Counted from the first letter of the whole stretch, positions 34,742 to 49,136 are shown. The stretch is DNA of 62,231 bases, filler included, from Rhabdomonas costata (GCA_019059605.1; 31 parts of 31 records of this genome joined end to end with filler, not necessarily neighbours in it), one strand, 5' to 3'. Notes: generated by a model not told the origin, from the sequence alone. Program-made: numbers and translations.

Positions 34742-37700
34742 CCGCACCCGCCCCCTCCTCCTCCCGCAGGTCTGCCAGAAATGCCACCCTCACTTCCCCC
34801 CCATACAAACACACACACCATCCTTACTGGATAGTGCTCACCATTCAACAGCACAACAGCAGTTCAATTAAGAGGGCTGAATGTCCAAGCGTCTGCAAGG
34901 GGTGTCAGATCAGATCTGCAAGGGCTGTACCTCTGTTTCCCCGTCCCCTGGGATTCCAAACGAAGGGTGTTAGACGCGCAGAGTCTGGCGAGGGTGCTGC
35001 ACTCAAACGCACAGCCTTTCAGCCTTAATACAAACCTTATCACCTTATCTCATGAATCTATCGAACGTTTTGAGCGAAGTTGCTGGGCTGTGCTGGCATT
35101 AACTTCAAGAAAAGAAGCAAGAATAAAAATTATTGTTTAGCGTCAGTGTGCTTTGTGTGAGTGTTTTCGCGAGGGCGTTCATTTTGAAATTGTTGCGGTC
35201 CGAGTGGATTCTATAATGACGTCTGCACTCTGGGATAACCATGCAAGAACCTTTTTAACACCTCCAGCAGCCCAATATATTATTGTATCTTTTCAGCGAG
35301 GCTAAACTTGAGCATCTGCCGAAATTGAGCATCTGCTGGAGTGTCCGTGCGAAACTGCGAAAACTGTGAAGTATTACAAATTTCTTTCAAGTCCGAAATG
35401 TTCTGAAGCGACAAATTGAAATGTGGATGTGAATACAGAAAAGAGAAAGTGGGTGGATGTCCTTTTGTAATTTAGCTCAATTTCGGCCTCCCCCCTCTGG
35501 CACCTTCATCAGAAGAGGAAGAGACTGAGTTTGACCTCACGTCCTCTGCCGCGCCGCCGGTTCCTGGAGGCAGGTTAATCGCCCGCTGTGTTCCCACCTG
35601 CACATACGAAAACATTGTTAGACCGCTGTAAAAGCTAAAATGTGCTGCATTGCACCAACAACGCTGTCCTGGTGAACAACGGCCTTTTTACTATTCCCCC
35701 ACCCCCTTCCTCCTGTTCATCCAAATGGTGACTTGGGTCCCCATTAGCACTTTTATGTTCTGCATCTGTTTTCCCGAAAATCATTTTGTCCACTAATTGA
35801 AATTGGACTTATCGAGCACATATTGCTTGGAACTGCGATTCGTTGCAGGGCTTCAGTTTTTTTTTCGGTTCTAGTGAACAAATTACGTAATTCCAGGTTT
35901 TTTTCATTGTGTGTTCGACTCGAAGAGGTGGCGTGAGGAGTGTACTGGATCTCACTTCTCCCTCCCGCGGTGTTGTTCCCTAATACGGTACCTGACTTCG
36001 CCTTTCCCCTTTCAGTGCGTGGGTGATTCCTGCCTATGGAGAAGAGTTTTGACCTGGACAAGGTCCTGCACATCCTTTATCGTTCAAAGTGTAACNNNNN
36101 NNNNNNNNNNNNNNNNNNNNNNNNNNNNNNNNNNNNNNNTTAATTAATTAANNNNNNNNNNNNNNNNNNNNNNNNNNNNNNNNNNNNNNNNNNNNTGTGG
36201 TTTGTTCTTCTACTATTGCAAAAGGGGAGGGGGTGCTGTTTCCCGAGCGTCCAAAGGACCCGAAGGACGCACAGCTGGTAAGGCAGAGCCCTTGCGAGCC
36301 TGGGAAGTACTGCAGGGTGCATTACCCATGCTGGTTAACTCACAAATTGGATTAGCAATGCTGGGTTTCCACTGTATCGCTGAACCTCAGCAAACACTAT
36401 TGTGGTTGGCAAGATTCTGCGTATGCTGCAACGGTACGAGTGCGGTCAAAGTTGCTGCTAGAGTTAGCTCGATCGGGTACTGCAACTCCTACGTCAGCAA
36501 GGACTGCTCACAGGCAACGATTCGCACCTAAGACAAAATTTAAAAACTTATGCAAGGCGCACTATGTTTCCGCAACAGTAGCAATTTAGAAGACTGTCTT
36601 TCGATATAAGTCCAACCTCAGAATGCCCTAAGTGCCGTGCAGTCCTTTCACATCTAACGAGCCCAATGAAAGAAGCCTCCGGTGTGACACGGTGAGGTAA
36701 GGCAGACCAGCTGAAGAAGGCTCATAACCTGCGGAGGGTACCCTACTTTCAAAAGACACCACCGTGAAGCAGAAATCCGAAAGAGCAGACGTCTTTGGTG
36801 GGTGGTGAATCTGAGGCACAATATCCAACAATCCCCAAAGCTTTGCGGGAAGGAAAGTTATCGTGCTGAAGATCCTGTCTCCTAAGGGAGTGATCAACTG
36901 CTCCACACGTGGAGCCGTGGAGTGAAAACATCCTTGTACTGGTCATTGTGCTCCAGAAACCGCGCATTCAATCTTGGTACCCCAACCTTCTTGCTTTATC
37001 AAAGGATGGACATAACCCGTGCTGCAGTTTTACATAGGGTTGCGGAACGGCCTGCCAGCCTGTCGAGACGGAGGTACGTGGGGTAGCAAGACACCTGATG
37101 GTGTGGCCGAAGCCCCCAACGCTGCAACACCACCGCGGGGCTGGGCCGCTGAGGCGGGGGAGGAAGCCGGAGTGGTAGAGGTGGCCAGGAAGAGTTGCGC
37201 CAGAAAAGCCCCGCGGTCTTCAGGCGGAAGCCTGGAGGCGAACTGCAGCGCAGCCTGCGCCGTCAGAGGATCCATTTTCAGGCACAACCCTCTCCACAGA
37301 CTACCCCGCGGAAGAAGAGGACGAAGAGAAGGAGGGAAGGTGAGGCAGAACAGAAATTGTAACTGAGCGCAACGAATAGACAAAAGAGCCCGGTGTGAGC
37401 AGCTTTGGAAAAAAGAAATGGAGAAAGATCAACGCCAATAGGGCCCAAGAGCAAGGTTCACGAAACCAAGTGGGGGAGCCACCACACGCGAAATCGACTG
37501 AAGCACGAAGATTGAGAGCAAGGTCAGTGTGTTCTGTAATGCAAAAGTTGTGTCATGTCTTGCTTTTGGAACGCGGGCTTTCTTCCAATGCCCGGTCATG
37601 TGCTGCTGCTCGAAACCAGCGAAAAAAAGACTAAAAAGGATTGTTGGGGCAATATTCGGCCCCGGCCATGTCAAAAGTGAGAAAGAAGCGAGAAACCAAA

Positions 37701-40354
37701 GCTTGCGTCACTCGCACATCTGCAAAACGTCGGCATATCTCAGAAAGAAGTGACCTGAAGTTAGAAGGTTCAAATGCATACGAAACTACTGTGCTGACGT
37801 GGTTTACAAAGCGAGACTTTTTTGCGCTCACTATAACCCTTGTAAGTCCAAAAGGTAGCATTTGGGTAAAACTTTTTTCACCGCTTACTTTTGATGTTTC
37901 AGGGGCAACAACTGCAGAGAACCCGGTGCAGGTTCGCGTAACGCAGGACGCGAATTAGATGGCATTAACAGATTAACACGTTCACTGATCATGACAAACG
38001 GGGAAAGGGAGGACCCAGCGCAGGGAACAGATCGGTCCGAGCAAGTAACAGTTTATCCCTACATCTCCCTTTCACTTTCCGCAAGAAAACTCTACCACAA
38101 ACCCCCNNNNNNNNNNNNNNNNNNNNNNNNNNNNNNNNNNNNNNNNNNNNTTAATTAATTAANNNNNNNNNNNNNNNNNNNNNNNNNNNNNNNNNNNNNN
38201 NNNNNNTGTGTGGTGTCACTCCGCGCCCTGTGTGTGTGTGTGTGGTGCGAGCGCAGAGGGTTGAATGTCTATAGAATCGCGGTTTTGTGAAGTTTCCCAT
38301 GAACCCCTACCTACAATAATCGTCAGGGTCAATCCAAAATGGGAGGGTGGGGCACTTTCTTCGGCTCAAACCCTATTCACTGGGTGGCTTCCGAAATCGG
38401 ACCCCTGAGAACAGAGCCGGAGCCCGAGACCCGAGCCGAATCGGAGGACCTGGCACGGACATCGTGAGCCGGACTTGCCGGTGGGGGGCCCATCCTTGGT
38501 GGGATGGTAGTTCTCCTGAGTGAGTTTACTGGTGGCTTCCCGGCCTCTGTGGGCATCTCGACGCCTAGTTGTGGCATCCTGAACAGTTTCCTTTTCGGCC
38601 TTTTGAGGATGTTTCCCCTTAGCCATTTCCAGGGCTGAGATGCATTTTTTGGGCGTTTCCAGGTGTGTGAGATGATGGGTGATGAGTCTTTCGCTTTCGG
38701 CCGGGCTTAGCACACCTCAGAGCCCAGGAGTTTTTTATGGTGGCATCGGAGTGGGTCGGAATGCTTCAGTTTGCAGCTACCCTGCGTGGCATTTCTGGAA
38801 CTTTTGCGCGTTGCGGGCCTGGCAAAAGTGGAATTTATGTTTGTTGGCACACCAGCAGCGCCCCAATTGCACCGAACAGCCGATTTGCATGTGTGTGTTT
38901 GGGTGGGTGAAAACGCGGCCTGCATGTGTGGTCGTTCTCTCCCTTTTCACCAATTGTGCCAGGGTTCCCACAGATTTTCACTACGACACCTTCTCCAGCA
39001 GCGGAGTGCTGCCTTCGAAACTGGTTTGACCTTCCTTGCTTGATCTCATTACTCTAGGTGCGTAGGAACCAATTTTGCGACGAAGGCCCGAGAGACAGAC
39101 ATGATACGCTGTATCCCCCCCTTTTTTGCCGCTCCGGCCACACCGCAGACTAGCCCATTAAATAATGGGATCCTTATTAATGGGTAAAACCCAGCAGGAG
39201 TTAGTTCCCGCCGGCAATAATGACCAACGTGAAAGACTACGGAAAGACAAGAAATCGTTTTTGATTTTCCGCTTCTGACCGCATAACGTCATTATATCGT
39301 TTAACGCCCCCACCCCACCCCAGTAGACCAGATGTGTGGTCCAATATGGGAAAATATTTTTAGTTGGTATTTGTATATACGGTTACCAGTGGTAGCTGTA
39401 TCCCCACACACTCAGTTGCACCAGAAATGTAGTTTATTCTGGTGTGTTTTTGGAGGTCGTGGTGGCACGCGCAGGTTGTCATTCCGGAGCCAATCGACAC
39501 GGGCTTCTGGAGCCCAGTCTCCGTGCGCGGTGTGGCCCCAATGAAGCTCCCAAGCCGAAAGCTGGACCGCCGCTTCCAACGAGAAAGGCTCTCGTCCCCA
39601 CTCCTCCCCCGTTCCAGCCCACAAGTTCCCTCTTATGTTGCGTTGCTTAATGCTGAATGAGGTGCAGGGCCTTTTCTCGCTATGAAGGTCTCAGCATAGG
39701 GGCACCGGTGGACCCATCCTTTCTGATAACCTCTCTGTTCCCAGCTACACCCCCACCTTTCACGCAGACTTCTGACGCGTTCAAATGAGGAAGACCTGCA
39801 TCATTCGTTGCGCTGTACCCTCAAAAGGCACCCAAACCCACACCCAACAACGACACAGTTGCCCAGGAACAGGCACCATGAACCTATCTGTGCGCTGTGC
39901 TTACCAGCAGAGTGTGGGCACACTCGCAGTCCGAGCGATGTCAACAGCCCGGCCCCCGCGCAGACCCCCGCGCAATGTGATCAACGCCCAGATGTGCTCG
40001 CAGACAGAAGGCAAGCTTTTTGTCTTACCATCCTATACTACATCTAGGCTATTCTAACCGCTGCATCTACTAAACTCTCTACTCTTCTGCTGTTTTTACT
40101 AAAGACCCCAACCCACANNNNNNNNNNNNNNNNNNNNNNNNNNNNNNNNNNNNNNNNNNNNTTAATTAATTAANNNNNNNNNNNNNNNNNNNNNNNNNNN
40201 NNNNNNNNNNNNNNNNNGGGTTGGCTGGCTGCCATCATGTGATAATTCCTCTGAAACATCTGTGCAACTCGCGATGAAATGCCGCCCAATGACTTCTCAC
40301 CACGCAACCTATGATTAGTCCGTACGTGGGTTGCACACAAAGAATGCTCGAGAC

Positions 40355-41511
40355 CTCGGGGTGGGCTGGCGGTTCATGAATGGGGTGCGCCAAGGCACGG
40401 TGCATCCGGGGGGTGGGACATCGAGGAATCCTCCGAGGGGTCCTGCGTGGATGTTCAAAACGAAGGGCCGAGGAAAACCGCGTGCTGTGCGAAATGTGAA
40501 ACGTCATCACACCGACCCCTGTCAGACATAGAGAAAGAGCAAAACCAAACAAGGGCGCCAGGAACACTTCGTTTCGTACATCGCCAATGATATCCAAACC
40601 TAGCGAAACTCAGCCACCCTATCGGAGCGCCCAGGTAGATGCCAGCTGCCTCCGCCTCAAAACCAAACCAGCCCCAAAGTCGCAAAATCATGCAGGAAAA
40701 ATGAGATTCCGTGAACAATAACAAACCAAAACGAACGACGAGAAAAATCAAATGGGCCAATGCACTGATGAGGCGTGGCCGTAAACGAAAAAAAAAGTTG
40801 AGTATGAAATATCAACAAACCAGAAGAAAGAAAGAAAGAAAGGCCAAGGGTAGTAACTGGAGATGAGACTGAGGAGAACAGCAAACTGATGCTCTGACCT
40901 TGGAAAGAGGGGAAGGCTTGCCACACTGCGCAGGGGCATCGGCTCCAGCTCCGCAGGGGTCTGCTGCGGCTGCTCAAACGTGACGTGAGAGGCCTATGTC
41001 AGCGACAGAATTCACGCTACTAGCTTTTTTACCTTTCCTTTCTGCAGCAGCAAAAAGAATAGTGGGTACTCCATTTCAAGTTTCCCTGCTTCTCGTGGCA
41101 AGGCTTTGCATCTTGTGGGATGGCTTGGCTTCAACTTTCACGAGCGGAAGGAGACAAAATCCGCAGAAACAAAAAACACACGGGAGGTGCATCCAACTTA
41201 AGGCGAGGTTCTTTGTGGCTCCCTGCTTAGCTGCATCCCCGTTTGCCGGTAACGCAGGCTCTAATGTGAGTCCGTTGAAAAGGACGACACGAAGAGCGGA
41301 TAAAGGGGTGGGGAATGCGGACCTTGCGGGATCGCGTGGTTCGATTGGTTAATCGCAGTACCTCAAAGCTCCCGGTGGTTTCCCTGAGCAGCACGTACAA
41401 ATCTCCGCGGACGCTGACACAGTATTTAGAAGAGGTTTGGTTCACGAAGAGGGGCACTTGCTCACCTCCCTCCCTCAAACGCTTGAAACGCGCGGAGAGG
41501 TGTGTGGCGTT
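40355..41511 (-). CDS. Multi-exon gene of unknown function (approximate span)
   Basis: Several GC-rich blocks ending in GT donors, e.g. NATHLSARFKRLREGGEQVPLFVNQTSSKYCVSVRGDLYVLLRE, PMPLRSVASLPLFP and GFLDVPPPGCTVPWRTPFMNRQP. Confidence 0.4.
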
Positions 41512-43390
41512 CTGTACCATCGCGTCAACATCATAGAGTACAGTCGATGGTGGATGCGAATGGCATCGTTGTGTGTACGTGAAGGTGTTAAGGAGTGGGG
41601 ATGGGTGCACGAAGTGTGCGGCCAACCCATTTGATTTTACTATAAAGCCCCAAGCCATGGAAAGTATCATTTTGTTCCATTTATCTCTCATTCTCACTCG
41701 CATCCTCACTCTTACTCTCTCACTGAATTACTTCCCCACACACCAACGCATCGGAGCCCACCTCGTCCACAGGGTTGGCAGGCTTCGTGTGGCGCGAAGC
41801 GGGGCGTCTGTCTGGGTGTCCTGATCTTGCGAGTAGTCTTGCTGAGAGGCATGAGAGGGTAACTGGAGAACAACAACAGAGCTGAATTCGGCTAATCGTG
41901 GTTGCGGTTGGTGCCGGCCAACTCTACGGACTCGGGAAATCCCAGCGAATGCACCGCTCTCGGGCGTCCCCCACGCAGCGGTCTAAATCTGAAAACCCCC
42001 CAACGTTTTCCATAATACTTTGAACAACCAAGGTTTTGGCCCCCCTCCCCCCCTTATCAATGTTGGGTAAGACCGTTTTGCTAACCAACATTGAAAACTG
42101 AGGGGGGGAGGGGGGGTTGTTCAATTCNNNNNNNNNNNNNNNNNNNNNNNNNNNNNNNNNNNNNNNNNNNNTTAATTAATTAANNNNNNNNNNNNNNNNN
42201 NNNNNNNNNNNNNNNNNNNNNNNNNNNCTACCGCACAGCCTTTTTGCTTTCGCAGAATTAAGATGGCAGCAGGATAAGTTCAGGTTGAAAACTAGTAGGT
42301 AAAAAACAGAATGAAATGAAAATAAGGTATGGGGGGATGACGAATGCAAAGCCAAGTTCTTTTGCGTCGGCTCATTTGGAAAGCTGTTGGGACCATTGAC
42401 ATCCATTTTCCGGAGATATGTTTTTCCGTTGAATAATTGAGAGTGCCTTGAAAACGCTCCAGTGTCCCGTGTCCATTGTCGAGCAAAATCACAAAGCAAG
42501 AGTGATGCTTCCCATGGGAATTGACTCGGGTTTTTCTAGAATGGTTCTTGCACCAAAAAAAAAAGAAATCATGGGTGGGGAGAAGGAGGAGGGGCAATGG
42601 AGTCCGAATGGGAGGATTGAAGAAAACCTTTTTCTGCCGTACCGTGTGGCCCAGCGGGCAGCGCTGGAGTGGGGGCCAAGGCCCGCAGAAGGCGGCAGGC
42701 TAGCGAGGCCGCGGCAGAGGCCATGGGGGCCTCGCCAGCGAGACCCTGCTCCTGCCCAGCCACGCACTCCAGGATAGCGCTGGCCTTCTCCGGGGCAACC
42801 ACTCCACCTGCCGCGTCCCCACACCACACCGTCCAACGCAAAAACACAAAAGGGCGGTGCCGCACCCGCGAAAATGCATACTTCCGTTTCCCAACGACCG
42901 TAGAAGGAAAGAAACTCTTTTGCTCTTCATTTCCTTTCCATCATCCCGATCTTCAGGCGGCCACAAATTTTGGAAGCGCCCAACGCACATGAAGGTCCAG
43001 CCATCCCCATTCTTGGTCCTCTCCCGCACTACCCACTTCCACATGATTTCCGCCAGTTACCCATTCCGCCTTTGCCTGCTGATTTGAAGCCTTGTTGCTG
43101 CACGTACCAAGCTCGGGCATTAAGGGCAGGGGGTGCAACCACCCCAAACGAGCTGCACTCAAACGAACCCATTAAAGCCCATTGTATCCCGCTTCTCTTT
43201 TTTCATATCGTGGGGACTCTGAAGTTAGATCCGGGCGAGCGTTTAGCACTCTCAATCCCGTCCTCCTTATCTAAAAAGCACGCCCGTGCTTGCTTCAGTA
43301 CGTCATCTTCAGGAGGGCAATCTGACCTGCTGGGCGCAAGCCATGAGTGCGCATCAGGTCCAACAGGAGGTAGGTACAAGCCAGCCCCAC

Positions 43391-43672
43391 CTCAGGTTCA
43401 GCGGTGGCCCTCTGCAAGACCTCATCGTGGAGCATCCCAAGAACAACCTGTATCACCGCGCCGGGCCCCGTGATGGCCATTGCAGGGGAACCTCGGACAA
43501 CCGCCCAGGCCAGGCCTCGCAGCTCAAGGTCGGGGTGAGCAAGGCGGGCCGCAGCGGCCTGCAGGGCATGCCGAAGCCCAGAGGCAAGGTCACCAGGCTT
43601 GGTTTTTGAAAGTAGGACGGAGCTGCCCAAGAGGGCCTGCAGAAGGGCCCAGGCCTGCGCCACGACGGGAAC
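43391..43672 (-). CDS. Ala/Leu-rich helical-repeat-like exon (further candidate exon near 42642-42807)
   Basis: cgcag| 282 nt |gtgggg; VPVVAQAWALLQALLGSS...RLAHPDLELRGLAWAVV. Confidence 0.45.
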
Positions 43673-44509
43673 CTGCGAGCCCAGGAGTCAAGGAATTCGG
43701 AGAGCACGGTGATCAATGGGAATCACAGGACAGGCAGTGGTCCGTGGCGAGTGATTAGCGTGAAACAGGGCGCAGGTCAATGTACTGAATGTACCGATGC
43801 GAAAGGCAACACGGACCAATATGGGACACATAACCAATCGGAATTTTGCCTTATTTCAGACCCATCTCCACGACTACAAAGAAGAAAAAACGTCTTCAAG
43901 AAAGAGCGGCTTGCGCGCAATTCCGACGACATAGCTCTACAGCCCATTTGGAGCACGATATCTTTGCCAAAGCAAAAGAATTTCACCCAGAAAGTATTCT
44001 CCGGAGTGATTGGCATCGACAGCCTTCTTGCGGCTCCCCGCGCACTGCACCCCAACGTTTTTATGCCACACAGCTCAATTGATCAAAAAAGAGAAAACAC
44101 GTGCCTCAGCGTCCCCAAGGCCCACTGCACACACCCCCNNNNNNNNNNNNNNNNNNNNNNNNNNNNNNNNNNNNNNNNNNNNTTAATTAATTAANNNNNN
44201 NNNNNNNNNNNNNNNNNNNNNNNNNNNNNNNNNNNNNNTGTTTCGCTCGTGTCGGGTCGCGTCCCGACTTTTCAGTGCAGTTGAATGAAGCATGAAAGTT
44301 TTAGGGACATTTCGAAGAAGTTTTGCAATGCCGCACATTTATGCTGTTCTCACAGGACAGCTTTCGGATGATTCTGAGCCATGGAATACAGAACCGAGCA
44401 TTCATCGGTCCAAACTGCGATCATACTCGTACGGGTCAATTGGGCCAAACGGAACAAAGCAAAAGCAAAAGAAATGGTTTGAATAGGAAGGAGGGGGTCA
44501 GTGCGGCAC

Positions 44510-45852
44510 CGAAGGCAAGGGCGTCGGAGTCGTCAGATACTACCGCGGCACACAGCCCTGAGCTGACCAGCCCAACGCACGTCATCTCGGCCTCACTTAC
44601 CGCCTGTGGGGTGATGAGAAAACCCAACAAAAACAGCAAAAACGGGAATCCTTTCGGAATCACTTCCCCATTGCCGATGGGGATTTGAGAAAAAGAATGG
44701 AAAAAGTAAAAGAAGCCCGAAATACTAAACCGGAACAGCAGCGATGTATGAATTGGGAAATGCATGACTGATGGACAACCACTGTTAGCGGTTACTCACG
44801 TCATGAATCCCTGTTGCCTGTCTTTGCAGAGCCCGTTATTCCTTCTTTGTATGATGCACCACACTGCGCCTCTGCGCTTATATATCGGTATCGGAAGTGT
44901 CTCAGAGCGTCTCTTTGGCACCGTCAGAAAGGAAGCAAGTTCACAGGCAGCAGTGAATGGGCGGGAAGGAAAGTCATCCAGAGCAGGGAAACTGAGGAGA
45001 CCAGTAGCTGCGGCGCCCCAGACAGAGAAAGACAGATGCGAGGCCCCTTGCATCACCGTGTATCGTTGCATGGTTCCTGCATGAGTCGGAAACGGCCAGA
45101 CATAAAAAGGGAGGTCTTCGATTGCAAGCGGACTGGTTTGCACGTCTTAAGCCCAAATCCTAACCGAAGGTGCGTTCATGTTGTGGATGCGACGGTGGTG
45201 ACAGGAAGGACGGTTAGAGCGCGGAAACCTCCACGACGGGCACCCCGATCAGCCTGAGCATTCGCTTCAGGTCATCCGCCACCTTCTCTGGGGCCATGCT
45301 GGTGATCTGGTTCTCCAACTTCTTGGCAATCGCCTGAAGTATCCCCCCCAGAAGACATCATTCCCACCGTATGCAATACGTGCTCCTCAAAAAGTCGGCC
45401 GAAAGAGCTGCGCAACACCAGAGCCGGTTGTGTTGAGCTGTGCGGTCATGAAGATAGGGGCATTTCGGGTTCCACGGAGAAGGAAGGGTCCCTTCAAAAC
45501 GACCGCGGCTGCGGATTTCAATGTATTTCCGAGATGAAACACATCGTCCTTTACGGCAGAGCAGACAACTTGAACCTGACAACCAGCTCCGAAATCAGTC
45601 CTTCTTTCTGCAGTATCCCACTTTGCCAAATATTATTCCATCCATTGAGCGTGGTGGCAGCGAAGAAACCTGCTGGCCCTCTTCCAGAGCATTCTGGCGG
45701 CGCCGTTGCAACTCCTCCAGGGAGGCTTTGTTTTGGTCCAGCTTGTGCTGCTTCAGCGCAGGAGGGGACCCGTCGAATACGAACACCGGAGTGACGTCGT
45801 GCTGACGCAGCCGCTCGACCTTCGCCCAGGTCACCCAGAACAGCCCATGAAG
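44510..45852 (-). CDS. FEN1/XPG-family 5' nuclease (exons 45852-45670, 45333-45229, 44603-44510)
   Basis: Spliced LHGLFW...VTPVFVFDGSPPALK...DLKRMLRLIGVPVVEAVSEAEMTCVGLVSSGLCAAVVSDDSDALAFG contains the XPG-N FDG and XPG-I EAE / DxD motifs. Confidence 0.92.
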
Positions 45853-46535
45853 CTATGGTACAACGTCGAGGAAATAAAACAAGTCGGGGGAGGGGAGTGG
45901 CGGTGCAAGTAGTATGAAACGTTCTCAGTTACAGAGTCCGATGAATTCGGAAGGAAAGTGTGTGTGGAAGGGAGAACCGTTTTCAAACCGTTTTCTGGGT
46001 CGACGAAACTCTCCTTTCTTTTCAATACAAACCAGACGGGTTTCCTTTCGAACTACTCATACAGCCCGAATATTCCGCCTTTGTTTTGCAGAAAACCTGG
46101 ACATGCAAGTGGTACATGTTCCATCCTCCTGGGGACCCGGGGACCTCTTNNNNNNNNNNNNNNNNNNNNNNNNNNNNNNNNNNNNNNNNNNNNTTAATTA
46201 ATTAANNNNNNNNNNNNNNNNNNNNNNNNNNNNNNNNNNNNNNNNNNNNTTTTTTGTTTTCGTGTTTGTGTGGACAAGTGGGGAAACGGGGTGAGCAGAA
46301 ATGCGTGATTTTTAAATCCTGCACAACGGGCTTCTAGAATTGCCTTGACTTTTGTATACTTTCTTCCGCGACGTCATTTTCTCTTCAGACTTCCGTAACT
46401 CGTTTTTTTTAGTTTGAATTCACCATGCACCATACCCGATTCTAGATCGGGGATCAACTGCCTTTGCCTTAACATTTGACCATCTACAGCATGCGACATT
46501 TTTTTTTGCATAGGTGGCATTGTCTTCAACAACAA

Positions 46536-47613
46536 ATGTCTTGGGCCGGGCTCGTCTACTCTGGGTTCCCGCACAAGGATCACCCCGTAAACGCAGTTGC
46601 CATTCAAAAGGGGACGGTCACTGCCAGTGACGGCACAACAAAGCAATGCCACATCAACGTTTACGCCTTCTGGAATGGGTCCGACCCAACTCTCGAAATT
46701 AAGGAGAATGACCCCTGGCAGCCCTACCCTCCAGATGTAAGCGGCAGCATTGACCAAGCTGGTGAGGCCGATGTCGTCGACATTGGAAGAGGCTACGTCT
46801 TCAACAAGGGAGCTGGCTTTCAATACCCCAAGGATAACCCCCACAGAATTCGTTGGGTTCGGTGCTGCTCGATCTGTTGGCTGTGGAATGCGGGCGAGGT
46901 CAGGGATGAGAATTACACACCCTACGAAAAGGAAATGCAGTTGATTTTGGAGGAAGCGTTTGCCTCTGATAAGCCACATGCCGACCTGACGATTGCGGGC
47001 CAGGAGTACCGGGTCTTCTTTCGCCGTGCACCCATGGCCCAGGTGTGCCTCAGAGATCGCTCCCGCGTTCGGCATGTGCGCCGCATCGGCCCGAGGGTCC
47101 GGGGAATACGCCCTGTGCCCTATCCTGAGCACTGGGGTGGGTACGACCCCTCCAAATTTGTTTACGACCCCTCCAGCTCATTCCGCTCTTCCCCAACGGA
47201 GATGTCTTCGTCCGCATCCGAGTTCGTCTCGCTGGCTGCCGACCATGAAATCTTTCAGTGGATCCAGCGACTCCTCAACATGTGCATTGCGACGGGTGCC
47301 CATCGGAAGAAGTGCGGTGAGGTGTGGGCGGCAGACCCCAATGGCCGCCCACATCCGAAGAGCTTCCGGGTCAAGGCCGTTAGCCTCGTGAAGAACCGTC
47401 ACCTGTGGCTGCAATACCATGACCGCCGCCGCGAAATGGAGGAGCTCTACAAGGGACAATCTCTGGCATGCGATGCCCTCGCTGCGGCCCCGCTGCGCAC
47501 CTCCGGTGTTTCTGCTGCGGTTCCCGTGAACAGCGCTATCAACGAGTGCTGGCTCTTCCACGGGGCGGGCCCGATTAGCGAAGAACAGGACGCAATCACA
47601 CTGATCACCAGTG
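46536..47613 (+). CDS. Tandem-WWE plus PARP catalytic domain protein, first exon
   Basis: WWE-like segments (WQPYPPDVSGSIDQA; WLWNAG...YTPYEKEMQLILEEAF...YRVFF..MAQ....SRVRHVRR), then VKNRHLWLQY and INECWLFHG (catalytic His). Homology ends near 47613. Confidence 0.88.
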
Positions 47614-49136
47614 GCGAGGCTTTTTCGGAGTCTTCTCTCTTCTTGGACATGCAGGCGTTTTCCTATGGCTTGAGCGCGAGGTTTTCCTTTTCACTTGGGT
47701 TGAACAAATGTAGTAACTGTTTCTTTTCATGTCTGCCTCCAGGGATGGAAGTCTGAGCTGGGAGAGTAATTAGAGCGATTCTTTTCGTTTGCATGGGGTG
47801 TGGCGATCATCATTCCAGAAGTGTTATAGTTTTATGCGGAAGGCCATGTGAAGTGCGTGGTTTGCTTTGATGATGGACAACGTTAAACCCTCGTGACATT
47901 TGCTTGCTAGCTATATCGCAAACACCTCATCACTGAATAAACGAAGCTGGTGGGCGCACACGCTCGTGCAGCCTCGATTTGAAACAGTGGCTGCCTACAT
48001 AGTCACGCGTGTTTAGACGTCTGGTTCAGATGCAATAGTCTCACCGACGTCCTCCGAAAATTTACCCCAGAACGCAAGAAATGGTTGATCCACGATTCCT
48101 TCAAATACTCGCTCCTTTTCGTCGGTGGCACTTTTCAGTCATATGGATAACCACCCCCCCNNNNNNNNNNNNNNNNNNNNNNNNNNNNNNNNNNNNNNNN
48201 NNNNTTAATTAATTAANNNNNNNNNNNNNNNNNNNNNNNNNNNNNNNNNNNNNNNNNNNNGGGTTGTTTGACAGTTTTGGCCGCGTTACCGCTGTCACTA
48301 GTGAGGTCTACACCACCAGAAACCCAAACTGTTTGTCCTGTTTGTGCATCCGGATGTGGGAGTGGAGAATTTCCAATGGATTTGACGGACCTTGATGATT
48401 TTCCCCCAACTCCCGGAAAAATTGAGGAGCTGTGGAGCTGTGGAGAGCTGTGCATTACTCACCAAAATCACGCTAAAGGGCCTGTGCATCTGTGAAACCC
48501 ATGAAACAGACCTGGGTGCCTGTGCCAAAAAAGGGAGCCCTCCTCTTTTGGGGACTTGCTGTGTAAGCCTTTCCAGCGCGGAGCGTGTCTGCTGACGTTA
48601 CGTTGACATTTCGTGTGATGTCTTCACAGTACTGCGGAACCCTTCCTGTGGTTCAGACACAATCCACTGCGTCACTTCAGAGCGTGCGGGCTACCCCATC
48701 CCTTCCAAGGCCTTTGCTACCACTGTCCTGGAACTTCCCCACGACAGAAGTATTGCACGCTAAGCGGCCGCTGAGCTATTTTGTGGTCTTGGAGTTGAAC
48801 TAACCTCAGAACGGAATTATGTTGAAATGCGGTTGTCTGACTTTCGGTGGCCGGGAGGGGGAGCAAAATAGCACCCGGCTTTTAGGCTAAGAGATCTCCC
48901 CAGAGTGGTGATGGGTCTCTCTGCCGTATGGACTCCCTCGCTATCTCCCAGCCGTGTCGTCTTGCACGCTCTGCCTTCCGTGGCTTTTTTCTCCCGGTGG
49001 GTGAGGCGCTCTCGTGTGCGTGCGTTGGGGTGAGACAGTGATTGAGTGCGGCTGCTCAGGCCGCATCCCGAAATAAAATAGTTTAAATAGTGTTTTGCAG
49101 CCCTCCCTAGCCTCCCTCACACCTCTGTCGGTCCGG

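Noticed and set aside
36600-37275. ORF MDPLTAQAALQF... and downstream broken frames as a transposon gene
   Set aside because: No recognisable domain and multiple stops; I cannot support a call.
40765-40790. Hammerhead ribozyme (CTGATGA-GGC-GTG-GCC-GTAAAC)
   Set aside because: The core needs GAAA directly after stem II, and no stems I/III or cleavage triplet were found.
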